NCBI GenBank assembly: GCA_964304625.1
Contig: OZ199840.1
Span: forward strand, 4,378,490-4,442,489
Direction: 5' to 3'
Length of the DNA stretch: 64,000 bases
From: Kudoa neothunni
Lineage: Eukaryota; Animalia; Cnidaria
Shown here piece after piece: positions 14,450-27,533 of the stretch. Made by a program: the position numbers and the translations under genes. Position 1 is the stretch's first letter; each line of letters opens with the position of its first letter. The notes under the pieces were generated by a model. It did no database searches. It was not told where the DNA came from and saw nothing but the letters and a program-made list of their open reading frames with translations.

Positions 14450-15400
14450 GTTGTGTTTAGATATGGTTTTGAACTTATTTTTGAATGTGTTTAAATTAGT
14501 TGATGCGTTAGGAGAAGGAGATATTTTGTGGTTACATGAAATGTGTGGTACCACCTAAGACTGTTTTTTGTCAAGTAATCAAAACAATACTAGTCGATTT
14601 AAGCTTTTATACAGCGAACTGAGGACCAGTACCCGATGATCAGGAAGTACTTTGCAATTTGGATAACAATCAGTCCATTATTTTGGAGATGAACGTGATT
14701 GAAAATGAAAATATCACTAACATAAAGACCACAGCCGAGTGATTGAATCAATTTTGAGTTTATTTGAGTAGATCTGCTGTAGAGATTTCTATAGGGAATA
14801 TCTTGTTGATTGCCAATCCGTTAGTGGCTACAATGTAGATTATTGAATAGTTAAATGTGGATGAAGATGGATATTTTTTTGTTTTACAGTTTGAAAGTAA
14901 TGTGATGGATTCTTCTCAGTGGAAATTAAGACCCTACTGGTAGTTGATGGGTGGAATATTCCTAAATGCTCTTTAGTCGTTTGAATGGAGTAGTTGAGTT
15001 GAAAGGAGTTCATAGTATGCTTAAATCAGGATCAAAGGTAATTAATTAGGATCTACAACCCCACTGTAATCAAACTCATGATAGATTGCTTCGGATGTGT
15101 CTGTTTACATGCTTTACATGAATTTTGCGTTGGAAGGAGTAGACGAGACTGTTGCGTTGAGTATAATATTTAATTCTCCTGTAATTCCGAGTTTTCTTTT
15201 TTTATTGTAATAAACTTTTTTTTATTTTGAGGTTGAATCCACTCTTCAAGATCGAACACAAGGTATCAAACTCTAGTTGTTTTTTTGATTCTGAGATTCC
15301 TTCTAAGCTGAGGTTTTTGTGGACAACAAAAGATGTTTTATGTATCGCTGAAACTCTGGAGATAGTTGACCCATCTCTAATTGTAGTAAAACAGAATAGT
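14450..15400 (-). mobile_element. Decayed LINE reverse-transcriptase remnant
   Basis: Fragments KLGITGELN and ...STNLNTFKNKFK resemble RT-internal and C-terminal motifs of CR1/L2/Jockey-type LINEs; many stops. Confidence 0.35.
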
Positions 15401-15853
15401 TAAATGATATATTTTGCTATTCTCATGTATCCAAATCAAAAGTCGATTTCATTATTTTAGTATGAAAATATTCAAATGTGTCATTTTTACATTACGATCG
15501 CTTCACAAATTACAATTTTGTTTTCAGTTATTTTTGCGATGTATCTTGATACTTGATATGTACGAATTTAATTTTTCGTATTATCAAAAATATTAGTGAA
15601 AATGTTTTCCAGCACCTTGAATTTTTTAACAATTATTAAAAAACATAATTACACCTATTAATTTAAATTACTAAAAAATCGTACTGTATTACAAACTCGC
15701 ATAACAACTTGATGTAATTATGCCGATTTGATAGAGTTCAAAGTTAAATAGACCACAAATATAAAATAAAAAAAATAAGCGCATAGAAGTAAACATTGTA
15801 AAAAAAATTTGAAAATAATCAGATGAAAATATTTGAACATAATAATAATGGTA

Positions 15854-16729
15854 TTAGTAGTAGCAAAAATTCAAAATAAATTTTCCAACGTAAACAGTCC
15901 ATGGGTATTTCACGCTGAGATCTTCCCAACAAACAATCACGTAATCTGCAACATATCGGGACAGTTTTCCAGTTAACGAGAGACTTTTAGTTCGACAAAC
16001 ACTTTCAACAAATACAATATTGCATGGATTGAGCAATCCCAGTTTCTATAACAATATCAAACTCAAAAAATGGACATACTAAAACAAACAACTAATATTC
16101 ATTTATACAGCAAGTAGTGAACCAGCACACATCACAGGAAAAACACGTGGAAGGTCCATTGCACAAAATCTATCACATACAATAAATTTCATCAAAAATT
16201 AACTCAAATAACAACCATAGTTGGATGTATTCGATAGATTAAGTGCAACGCTTGTAGAGAGGCGTAAAATGTAGGAAAAATGGCGCCCAAATAAGACTGA
16301 TGTACATGTCGACTTCTTTGAATGTAGGAGATTTGGGTTGTGGTGTGATGCTAAAACAACAACCAGAAAATAATAAACACACTATGTAGCTGAGTAGCTG
16401 TGTAGTTATGTGGCGGGAATTTCCTACATAAAAATCGTGTTCTTGTAATTTGACGAGGGAATTTTTATCGGAACCAGCAATCACAAAAGTATTCAAATGA
16501 AATCGGGTTGAATCCAAACCTTTGCACAACATAAGCATTTCTCTTGTGTGCCCTCCTACACCCCAAAAGAATTGATATAAAAAAAGTATGTGGAAAGTGT
16601 GCTCTTCTCAACCCGACCCCCAGAACAACAAGTACATCTCTGTGGTTATCACATTTTTTTTGTTTTTCTCAATACGCTGTATACAAAAATAAAAGTCACC
16701 AACAACCACACTATGAATAGAAGCAGCAT
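15854..16729 (-). CDS. ALG14: UDP-GlcNAc transferase subunit ALG14 (needs two +1 homopolymer corrections)
   Basis: N-terminal TM, VLVVLGSG|GHTREM, QRSRHVHQSY, ILCNGPSTC, IVFVESVCRTKSLSLTGKL; four short introns. Confidence 0.93.
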
Positions 16730-16745
16730 TAGATATAATTTATTC

Positions 16746-16756
16746 GCGCAAGCGCA
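16746..16756. promoter_or_regulatory. GCGCAAGCGCA (NRF1/EWG-like) motif with adjacent CCAAT, upstream of ALG14
   Basis: 16 nt from the ATG at 16729, inside a 144-bp intergenic gap. Confidence 0.55.
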
Positions 16757-16873
16757 CCAATAAAAAACATATTTATTAATTCAAAATTAAAAACAATGTA
16801 TACTACAAAACTCTAGTTATAAAGATTTCCAAATCGCAATTTGAATTGAGCGAGAAGTTTGCTAGGAATTGCG

Positions 16874-19339
16874 TCAATATTGAGGGACGTCCATGTGGCT
16901 TTTCAACCAGTAGAAAATGGAAAAATAGGCATTATCAGGAAGAGTTCTATCGTCTTCCATGTGGGCCATAATTGAGTTGGTGATTTGATGATTGTTGGTT
17001 TTATTATAAATTAGAATTTTGGTGTATTTCCGAACGGCATCGTTCACATGGTGATTATCAAGTAGAAGTTGAATGAATTGAATTGGGTTGGTTTCTATCA
17101 GGATATCCATGGCAATCACAATGAGACTTGGATATTGATGGCAGTAGCCAAGTAGATGAGTGCCGATTACCCGTCTTTTAGGAAGCAACCCACATTGATA
17201 CAGTTGTTGCAGTTGAAACACATCATTGAATTTGACCATCAAATCGATTGTGGTTTCATAAAGGAAATTTTCCACGGTGATGTTGAAGCGCGATAGTCGA
17301 GAGATTAAATGTAGCAAGATGTTTTTGAGTTTATAGTTTTTTTTCAATTTTTCCGCGCGAACTCCAATACACATTATCAGCCATTAGCGGTAGAAACACA
17401 GCGGCGAAAAGATTTTCTTGACGAATCTGAGATTTGACATAGTTGAGTGTGGGGATGGTTGGAGGAGGTCGGTTCTTTTTGTCCGATACAGAGACGAAGT
17501 GGAGGAGGGAGAACTAGGATAAGGTGACACACTGGAATCGGTGCTAACGTAATAGCAACTATCAATGCTAGTAGCGACATGATTCACAATTTTCTCCCCA
17601 ATATTTATCTCCATAATCAATAGCAGCAATATTACACACAACCACCGTATCCAGCAGTCGTCTAGCAGTGTCCAAAGTGCAATCTTTCAACACGAGAGTC
17701 TCGTGGGATAAGTTGAAGGATGTGTTTTTGGGAGTCGGAGCGACGCTGTATCAGCTGTATTACAGTGGGTTGGTGAGACGGGATACAATCGCGTATAAAA
17801 TAGTTCACGTTGAACATCAACAACCACATAGTTCCATTTGAGGTGTTCAGTATGAGATTGGGCTGCAAAAACAATATGTGATCTTGTTCAGCAAAATAAT
17901 TGCCTTCGGTTTCACACAGCTGGCATTGATCTTGTATTTGTGGCTCCTAAAAATTTCATTTAGCTCATGTAGCAACCAGGCAAAAGCTATTTTCACGGAC
18001 AAATTTAGGCAAAAAATATTTAACTTCATATTAACAAATAAAAATTAAATATTAGTCCGGAAAATAACTTTATATTAAAATAACAATAAAGAATTATTGT
18101 TATTGGAAATAATTACACCATTATGATTATTTTGAATAAAAAGCAAATCAATAGGTTTTATAAAGAGATCATTAGAGTTGAGATTGGAGACGAGTGTCTT
18201 GTTGGCCTCATGCCCACCAAACACTATCGAATTATCATCATTCTCCCCCAGCAAACCATAACTCAGCATGAGAGATATATCGAATGAATAGATTAATCTC
18301 TTGGGTCCGAGACTCACATATATTAGATCATCGTCGAATAGAAAATTTATTCGATGTGAATTTGGCGCCAAAAATTCCATCGGATAGTGAAGTGTGAACG
18401 AGCACTACCTTGACATGAGGTGTTTGTTTCAAATAGTGATTTTTAGTATTTTTCTTGGAATAATGCTCACAAGTGGGCGCGGATTTTGACAAACAGCACA
18501 AATCCACGATTTTATACAAATAAATCAGTCCATCATCCACTCCATACACAAACAGAAACAATATCTTGTAGATAACGGCCAATCTAATGTTTTTGGATGA
18601 GAGATTGGTGTATTTGGTGCTGAGAGAAGAAGTCGCCAAAGATTTGTTTCCGTTAGTCGGCAATACACTCGGTTTAACTAACTGAAATGTGCGCCGGGTT
18701 TCCAACTTGGAATTTTCCTTGAATAGAAACATATGAATTTGACTGTGTTGACCTACCATCAACAGTGGATAGTGAACCTGGTCACAATACAACTGTTGCC
18801 ATTCGCATTCCACAGAAGTTTTGTCCAACAATTTGAGCGTCATTTGTGGGCCCAAACTATACAATTCAATGCCACAATTGGTCACAAACACTATGTGAGT
18901 GGAATCCAACCAAAAAAAAATTGTTGATAATATTTTTTTTCGATGAACTCGGTTGAAAAAATAACTGTTGTCTCTGGCCAAAAAATCAATATTATCGCTT
19001 GAAGTTCACCAAAAATTCCATACCTGCTCACTTAATGTCACCATCACAAATTCCACATAATATGATGATCTTTGTATGGCTACAATATCGTAATGAGGAG
19101 ATATTTTCACTGAAGTAATTATGGCATTCCCTGGTATCTCTATATTCCATAAATCTATGTTGGATGGTGTTTTTTGCAGTCAGTTGTGTTCTATTGAGTT
19201 TGATCACGCAAAAACACAAACTTTTGAGTCAACTCATCGTAGTAGATCGAACTGTTTGGTTCGTTGAATTTGAACCCCAAGTTTCTCTCGGTGCAATTTT
19301 ACATAACCGTTAGTGAGTAGGTCTTTTTTCCTCGTACAT
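16874..19339 (-). CDS. RMC1: Regulator of MON1-CCZ1 (Mic1/C18orf8), divergent, multi-exon with apparent frameshifts
   Basis: Motif order matches RMC1: YYDELTQK, FFWLDSTHIVFVTNCGIELY, FLQPNLILNTSNGTMWLL, and a Mic1 C-terminal region (SRFNITVENFLYETTIDLMVK...YPSLIVIAMDIL...LLDNHHVNDAVR). Confidence 0.8.
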
Positions 19340-20099
19340 ATTTGTTTGAATGTTGTGATAAATATGATGTAATTATACTCTCTTTTTGTAAAATGAATAA
19401 AAATGATGAGAAATGATGATAAAAATTGGTTGATTCGAATGCTTCTAAGGGGGATTTCTTCTAAAAAATCTTAATAATTTAAGTCAGTTAGATGGGTGGA
19501 AGTTTTTAATTTATTATTAATATTAAAAATTTGGTTCTGTTGAGGTGCTCGACCAATTTTTAATCCCAATCCACTCATATTATTTAACTCGTAACACCCC
19601 AGTCAGATAAATTTTTACTATTTTTAGTATAGAATAAAATTACTTGAACCTTACCAAAAAGTCTTTTAATCCTAAACAGCAACAATAATAGTGATAATGA
19701 TAACGATAATAATAATAATAATGGTAATAGTGGTATTGGTATGTGTGCGCGCACGCACAAGGATTACACCTATTCATTAATGGTTTCAAAATTCGACCCC
19801 ATATAAGAAAACCACTAAATTAGATTATGATGGGCTGCTCAAAAGAAAACTTTATCTATACAAAAAGTTCACAATTACAGGACTCTTTGTAGGATTATAT
19901 TTTAACGTTATGGAACATTCAAACTAAATTTAATTTTAGTTTGGCTCACTTGTTGGTGGATTACTAAATGTAGTTCATTATCATTGATTATCGGTTGACA
20001 CAATTTAGATCGCGTATAAAATGTTCTTTTACGAGGAGAGAAAACCTATGAAAGATTTCGACCAACTCCCCACCACTCCTGCTCAGCTTCGTTCTAAAC

Positions 20100-20800
20100 A
20101 TTAAATTTGTTCGTACACTGTGCGATAATAATATAAAATCATTTGTTTATATTTTTTGAGAGATAGTTTTCTTGTTATTGTTTGAATGTTTATAGTATGT
20201 TGTAGTTGAAATTGTATTGATTTCTGTTATTGTAAATTTTAATGATTATGAGTGAATATTGTTTGTAAATTTCCAAAGAGAAATTAAAAATATTTGAAGT
20301 GTTAGTGTGTAAATGCGGTTTGTAGTCAGTCCGAGGAGAAGTTAACTTTTTTTAATCGACCATGGCCGAATTATGACGGATGTTAATACGATACTTCTGT
20401 TAACATGCCGTCCTCCCCCAAAAAATACACCCACCCTGATGTTGCTGTGTCATATGCGTTGGGAGATTTTTTTTTCTGTTTTTACAGTGATGATGACTGC
20501 CTATTTTTTTCGTCAGCCGAGTAAGCCCGCACGATAATTGCAGAATATAGTTGACCTTTCAATATCAATATAGACTAAAGTGTTTGGCTGGGTCTCACTT
20601 ATTTTGAATATATTAGCATTTGTGAGTGGGGCTAGCGAATTCGGTTGGCTACGATTGATATCTGGATGCGTGTAGGTTTTCATTTTTGATAGTCGGTATT
20701 AGTCGACATATTAATGCAATCAATTATTCATACAACCGTAAATATTTTTGATAATTATACAATATAGGATGAGCTTCTCCATGCTTTTCTTCTGCTACAC
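20100..20800 (-). mobile_element. Possible L1/Tx1-type ORF2 C-terminal remnant
   Basis: Decayed LLLG...IFLISLWKFTN segment preceded by a His/Cys patch; weak. Confidence 0.25.
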
Positions 20801-21804
20801 TCAAGATAACTCCCCGATTCGATTTGACCATTTCTGATGTTATACAATATTAAACTATTGTCAATTTTTTTGTAGTTTATTTTTAATTTTTTACATTTTT
20901 GTTGCGATCTGAAAATAATAAATTACTTAAAAATGGTTGGTTTTAACGATTTAAAAAGTTAAAATGTTCAAAAATTTTTTATCAGCCCATTATCAAATTA
21001 CGGGAAAAAATGAAAGTTTAATTAAAATACTATTCGTATCTATCATAACCCTGGTAAAAATTTTGCACTGAATTCAAAAAGCACGAAAATTTACATTGCA
21101 TCTGATTTGTGAACAAAATAAATTCATATAGTATATATGCTTACGTCAATCAATTTTCGGGTGCATGCGCGCCAATTTTTTTGTCAAATTCAAATTTTCG
21201 AAAATATTTAAAGCTGAAACGTTTAAAAAGAGGCACAACAGATTGAGTTTTAATATATATTTTTTCTCGAATTAAATATATTAGTGATTATAAATAACGA
21301 AAATAATAATTTATTAGATAATACACAACAATAATTCCTGTATTGCTTTTCTTAAATTAATTTAGAACTTTTTAAATATACATGAATGTTTTTTGAACAA
21401 CAATATTTTATGGAATATATCAAGATTATTTTTAAAAATAAATTACATTAAATTAAATGGCGGAATTTTAAATTTTCTAATATCAAACAGATTAAACTCG
21501 GCCAGATTAAAAATTAGGACTAATCAATTTAATTTTTAAGTTTAAATAATTAGGAATTTTACACAAATTCTAGCGTAGGAGTCGAATAAACCTTGAAACA
21601 TGTATTATTTCGATTCATACGTTTTACATTCAGAATCTTGCTATATTAATATTAATGTGCCGATTTCCTCTTTTATTCCAGTTAAAATAAAATAAAAACG
21701 TTAAAAGAATTAAATAAGGATTTTTAATTAACGGCCATCTATTTAAAATAATGCATTGAAAGTCTTCAAGTAAGTCAAACAATTTCACGTGCACAAGCGC
21801 ATCC

Positions 21805-21849
21805 GAGGGGTTAGGGGGGAGACCGCGGGCCGTATTTTGGTGACCCCTG
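21805..21849. mobile_element. Solo hAT-type terminus
   Basis: GC-rich end ...TTTGGTGACCCCTG, i.e. CAGGGG on the reverse strand; same class as the 44042-44469 element. Confidence 0.5.
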
Positions 21850-22032
21850 TTTTAAAGTCATAATTCACTGAAATTATTCATAATTTGTTTTTAAATCGAT
21901 AAAAATAACCACAATATTTTTAATCCACTTAGAAGAAAATATTCAAAATAAGGCGCCGCCGAAGTTCATTTTTTTTCTCGCTCATTTCAATGATGATTAT
22001 TATTAGGTGTGAAAATATTAAGATATTTTGTG

Positions 22033-22043
22033 TGCGCATGCTC
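22033..22043. promoter_or_regulatory. TGCGCATGCTC (NRF1/EWG-like) motif upstream of NAT9
   Basis: About 40 nt before ATG 22083. Confidence 0.5.
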
Positions 22044-22082
22044 GATAGTAAAAAAACTTAACATTCTAGTTTAGTGTCGCAT

Positions 22083-23386
22083 ATGCATTCGAATCGAGTA
22101 ATTGAAACAGAAAGATTATTTCTATGTCCTTTTATCGAAATTTTTACCAACAAGTACACTCAATCACAATCATATTTCAATAAATTCGAGCAAAATTGAA
22201 GGTATTATCATTGGCTAAAAGATGAAAAGTTACGTTATGAGACGGCTACCGAGGAAATATCTCTGGAGGAGACGTGCAAATTACAAAAAGATTATTAAAT
22301 GATAAAAACGGTATTTTATTACATCCTAATCTTTTATTGTTAACAAATTATCACACCGTATTAAATCATGCTATAATAATTGTTTAGTTGTTGCATTTAT
22401 TATAATGAAAAAAAGTGGTTTAATTGGTGATTTAACTGAACCAAAATGTCAAGGTAATCCATAATCTGCCATTTTATGAAGACAATAAGCGTATTTGACT
22501 CACATACGTGTATCTAATTGAAATATTAAAATATATAATTGATTATTGTAAAAGTGACAATGCATTTTAATAGACCACGTTGAAAGAGTTAATTGATCTA
22601 ATTGACTCTATAGATTCGATGATTGGTGATATTGACGTGTTTATGGGTGAGGATAATCCATGCGCTGAGATTTCTGTGATGATTGCTGGTAACTGATGTT
22701 TCTATAGATGTGCTTTTATTAAGAGGAATTAGAAAAAATTAGAGCGGAACAAAGGATACGCTAAGGAGGCGTTTTATGCAATGGTTTTCTATGTGAAACA
22801 ATATTTTCCCGCCATTACCACTCTAATTGCTAAAATCAAGACAGGGAATTTTGCCAGCTTCAAATTTTTCGAAAGTGTTCATTTCATTAAGGTAATAACA
22901 TAAAATTGGTCTATTATTTATTTTTAATCAATTCTTAAACTCAAGCTTTAATTGTAATAAATACCTATTCAATATTATGATTGTCTATCATTCATTTCAA
23001 ATTTAATCTTCTTTCTTTAACTTTGGTCACATTCATTGTCGGTCCTCAACAACAAAACAATAGACTTAATAATTATTAATTATGGCTTATTTTATACTAT
23101 AAACTTCATGTACAATCACACAATTATAATATAAATGGGTTTTGAGGATTAAAATGTGAGGCCGAGAAAATTTAAATGATATTAGGGATTGAAGTTTAAC
23201 GTTAATAAATATCAGCACACTTATTGACATGAAATACTCGAATTAATCGATTTATTTTAGAAAGGATTTAACGAAATTTTCGACGAAATCGAATACACTC
23301 TGGAGTTGAACAACCAAGATGAGATCTCTCGTAATCCACTTAATGTGTCAGAGATAGAAAATTCATTTTTAAAAAATTTCACATAA
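22083..23386 (+). CDS. NAT9: GNAT N-acetyltransferase 9 (5 exons; two homopolymer indels)
   Basis: Not in the ORF track. Spliced reading YYHWLKDEKLRYETATEEISLEE, MIGDIDVF, AEISVMIAE...RNKGYAKEA, LIAKIKTGNFASFKFFESVHF, FNEIFDEIEY follows the NAT9 motif order. Confidence 0.9.
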
Positions 23387-23423
23387 AAGAATATTGAAAA
23401 TTAGAAATTAACAAAAAGTTTAG

Positions 23424-24908
23424 CTATTGTGTTTTTTTTGCGGCTCGTCGTTGTTTAGCTGAAGATCTAAAATTTTGATACTAGAAAACACTAGAAAACA
23501 ATCGCCTACTTGGATAAAGCGGTGTTGATTTTAGGACCACTTTTAGGAGGCCCGCCTGTGTGAGATGTCACCTTTTTTTCATACTGAGGATCTAACACCG
23601 AACGCAAACGATTAATTTAAAATTATATCCGTAAATACTAATCGATTTAATTGGAGAGTCAGTATCTTTTCTAATAAATAAATTCAACAAACCAATTTAA
23701 TCCATTCTTCTATTACTTTTTGTCGGGGGATTTGTTGCTGATATTCGAGTTGGATGCGCTTCGGTGAGAAGAGCAAGACGTGACGGTGATTGACTTGGAT
23801 ATAGATTCGCTCGGGGAGCTTTCAGTCCATATATTCTTGGTTGCCTCCAAGCATTCATCAGCAAATTCCTGCGCAATACTACCATCTAAATATTAAATCA
23901 ATACAACGCCGCTAATTAAAGTCAGCACTTTTCTTATCAGTTGGAGTGGATTGTTTGGCGTAAGCGAAACCATGGTCGTTTTTCACGTCTATCAATTTTG
24001 TTGGCCGCATCCGACACATCCTTTCTTCTTCCAATGACATAGAAAGTGGACGAATTTCTCGTTCTCATTATACGACACTAGGTTGTAGCCATCGGCAGTT
24101 TTATTGAATCTGTTTTCCTGATCGCCATCCCTTATAATCATTGTTTCTATTGGTTGGTTTCAAATATTAAAGCATTCGTATTTTGAGAATTATTTCCAAA
24201 ATCACTTGTTGACGATTCCAGATTCGAAATATTTAATTTTCGCTTCTGTCTCAATTTTTTATACCGGTTGGAATCGACAATCACAATTTTGTATGTGATT
24301 TTTGCGAGGATCTCATTCAAATAAGACTCACCCATGTAGATCTGAGATTGGGTTCCCACAATCTTTATGGGGGATCGATTTGTCACTAGATCGTTGATCG
24401 AATAATGAGTGGTGGTGGTGGTGGTGGTGTGTGAAGAGAGCTCAACGTAAATTCTACAGGAACAATCAAATTGCTTCAATACATCAACACATCAGAATCA
24501 TCACGTCCAAACATCAATTGGTGGTTGATCTCTACATTACCTCGCTCCACTACACACTTCGTATTTGCGTAGAGTGTTTTTTGAGTATTTTGTCAGATAC
24601 AATCCTTTGTACGATGGAACATCCATTTCTTTCTCAAAAACACTGGATGTATCATTGATAATTGGCGTACAAATGCGTTCACTCTCTTGGTCTTGGAGCT
24701 GCAAATGCAACCGCTGCACCACTGTCCTCCGTTTTCGTCGTAGATGGTTGTAGATTTTCAACAGCACCCACAACCCACCCCCTAAGACTATCGATGTAGT
24801 CAAAATTATTTTTGTTGATGGCATCCCGCTATTGTGCAACAGAATTGCCGCTCTCACCAACTTAAAAATTACTCAAACTAAGTGGATTAACACTCTCAGG
24901 CTGCGCAT
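23424..24908 (-). CDS. Hypothetical multi-exon protein with N-terminal membrane anchor
   Basis: Hydrophobic IILTTSIVLGGGLWVLL followed by basic RRKRR; several ORF pieces separated by GT-AG introns. No family recognised; both ends uncertain. Confidence 0.5.
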
Positions 24909-26800
24909 TATTGTCTAATCATCTCTATAGTGATAGGGGTGATTAACATTTGTTGATCAATATAGAAATAGATGCATATGTAGAACATGATAAATAAATT
25001 ACAGTTCAATATTCAGTCATTCTAACTCGATAATTTGTTCTACAACCGATTACCTATTTTTGGATTAATGTAGATGTGGTGTATGTCCCTACTATTGTAC
25101 ATTGGATTGTTTTGATTTTGGTGTTATAGGTTAACTACTTATGCCGGAAACTTACTTTTCAGTTATTTCTTCTAAGCGCTCTCTAGAATTGGTGCTAGTC
25201 CTTACGAAATAATAAACAAACAAAATTATTTATTTTCTAATTTAAAAATGATAGTAGATTAATTTTTAATGAAAAATTGAATGTATGAGACGGGAAATTT
25301 ATTTTGAAAATGCAAAATAAGCCACCATGTGAAAATTATTTCATGTGGTGCTTGCGCTGTAATCAAAAATATAATTTTTATTAACATGTGTATTGCTTTA
25401 TTTGAATGAATAGCAAAAAATGTAATGATGAAATTTAAGTTTTTTAATGATAACCGATAAAGAACTGAATTAAGGAATTTTTTATGTGTGAAATATTTCG
25501 GATTAATTCACATCTCACGGCACTATCAATACCGAGGATAGTTGGTCATTATTTCACATTAAAATTTTCTGTTGTATTCTTTTTGATAATAAGTTTGAGT
25601 CAAATATAGAAATAATCATGTATAATTAATTATCGTTAATATTGGAGAGAGAATTTTTTAAAAGTGCTAAAATTATTTGCATTTTAATATGTAATCGCAA
25701 AGTGTTTGACTGAAAACTTTATAACTCTTTTATTCGTATTATTATCAACAAATTAAAATATTTCCCTACGAAACATCCTAATTTGTTCGCAATGAACCAA
25801 TAAATAATTGTCTCATTATAAAATACTGATGTTGGAATAAAAACAAAATTGTTTACTTAATTTTATTACAATTTATAATAATTATGTTTTGTAATTTTTA
25901 AACCGCACAATTGATAGAAAGTTAAACAATTTGAAATTTATTATTGTGCGCATGTGCACTGTAAAATTAGCGATTTAAATTGCTATACGCTTATCTCCCA
26001 TTAATTTAAATAGTTTTTAATCATTATAAGTCATATTGAATAAAATATAAACTTTTTAGATAAATAAGATTTCATGTTGATAAATTAATTTACACATACA
26101 TTAAAATAGCCGGCACAATATTTAAATTTTGATCTCAAATATTTGTTTCATAATTTATTTTTATTCATCATTTTCTCAAGAGTTACAGTATACTTTAAAT
26201 TGACTGACTTTTTATTATAATAAATAACTTCTTATCGTTTCAAGTAAAATCCATTTATTTATTTTTTGTTTAAAAATAATATTGACTCATATCTTTATTT
26301 AAATTCAAGAAATTTGAACTACATACTGTTCATCTTATTTTTTACAGAAACTTTCTTATAGTGTATAATGAATCGGTCGAATTTGGGTATTTGTTTTATT
26401 AGTGCCATTATGTATTGAAGATATCGTATAAGTACCTTCACGCGTACAATAATTGTATGATGAAAATAGAAAATAAATGCTCAAAAACTTCATGCAATAA
26501 CAAGATAAATATTACGTCTGAAATAAATAGTATTGGTTTCGTGAAAACTTAAATCTATATGACTTTTATTAGCATAAAAATTTGTTCTGTAAATGCTTTT
26601 CCACTATTCTTTTATAGATAAGTCTATACATACATAAAATCCCTTGTTTGTATGTGTTCGTCTAGCTATGCATGAGCGACATAATTCACTCTCAATCAAG
26701 ATAAATTTGTAGAGCTTTTAAAATTTTAATAAAATACCCCTTTATTTAATATTAACATTTTCAAAATGGTCAAATCATTGAAAAATTAGCGTTTCATATA

Positions 26801-27380
26801 CAGTGCAACCTCAGAATTCGACCAAAAATTTTGAGTCAGAAATATTTTTGAGTTCGAACAAATAGAAAGGGTATTCAGAACAAATCCAGTCGGAGCAAAA
26901 AATAGAGAAAAGAAATTCTGGAAGGAGATTTTCGCAATCAAATTGTGCGAACATCATTGAAAGAAAACCCTTTACAATCTATCGTATGACGACCAAAAAA
27001 TATTTATCCTATGTAACATGTGGATAATAAGGGTTGTAATCCACCAATCATATGAGCGGTCGAGTGACGAGCGGTATGGCACCACCGCTTTTAATGCTAA
27101 TAACACAGGTTCAAATCCCAATTCGGAGCTTGTGTTACATCTTATAACGCATTTTTATTATTATATTTAATATTTGTTATATTTTATATTTTATAAAAAC
27201 AAGGCATGCTTGTTTGTTGATTAATAAGAATAAAAATATTCATTTATTTCACGAGAGATGCGGATTAAACTAATTTTCATTGTTTAACATGGGAAAAATT
27301 TATTCGGAGTTCGAACAAATCGCAAGTCGAACACACTTGTAGAACAGAACGGATTATGGTCGAAGTCTGAGGTTGCACCG
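26801..27380. mobile_element. Tc1/pogo-type MITE carrying a tRNA-like module
   Basis: 24-bp TIR CAGTGCAACCTCAGAATTCGACCA versus CGGTGCAACCTCAGACTTCGACCA; TA on the left side; repeated GAGTTCGAACAAAT subterminal motif. Confidence 0.88.
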
Positions 27381-27533
27381 TGGTTTTTAAAATTCTCAAG
27401 CAAACTAAACGACTTTAAAAATAGGATTAACATACGCTCATCTCAAAATGATGATCAGTTGAAGTTAACATTTTTCTTATATATTAACATTATCTGCCAA
27501 CTTAATTGTATCATCAATCTGTATTAAGAAATA

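Noticed and set aside
16139-22738. Euplotes-style programmed +1 frameshifting at AAA-TAR
   Set aside because: The breaks are in assorted homopolymers with no shared motif, one is a -1, and they are regionally clustered. Kept only as a probable-artefact finding.
27055-27130. Functional tRNA genes here and at 34170-34240 and 60187-60258
   Set aside because: The stems are imperfect and all copies lie within transposon contexts.
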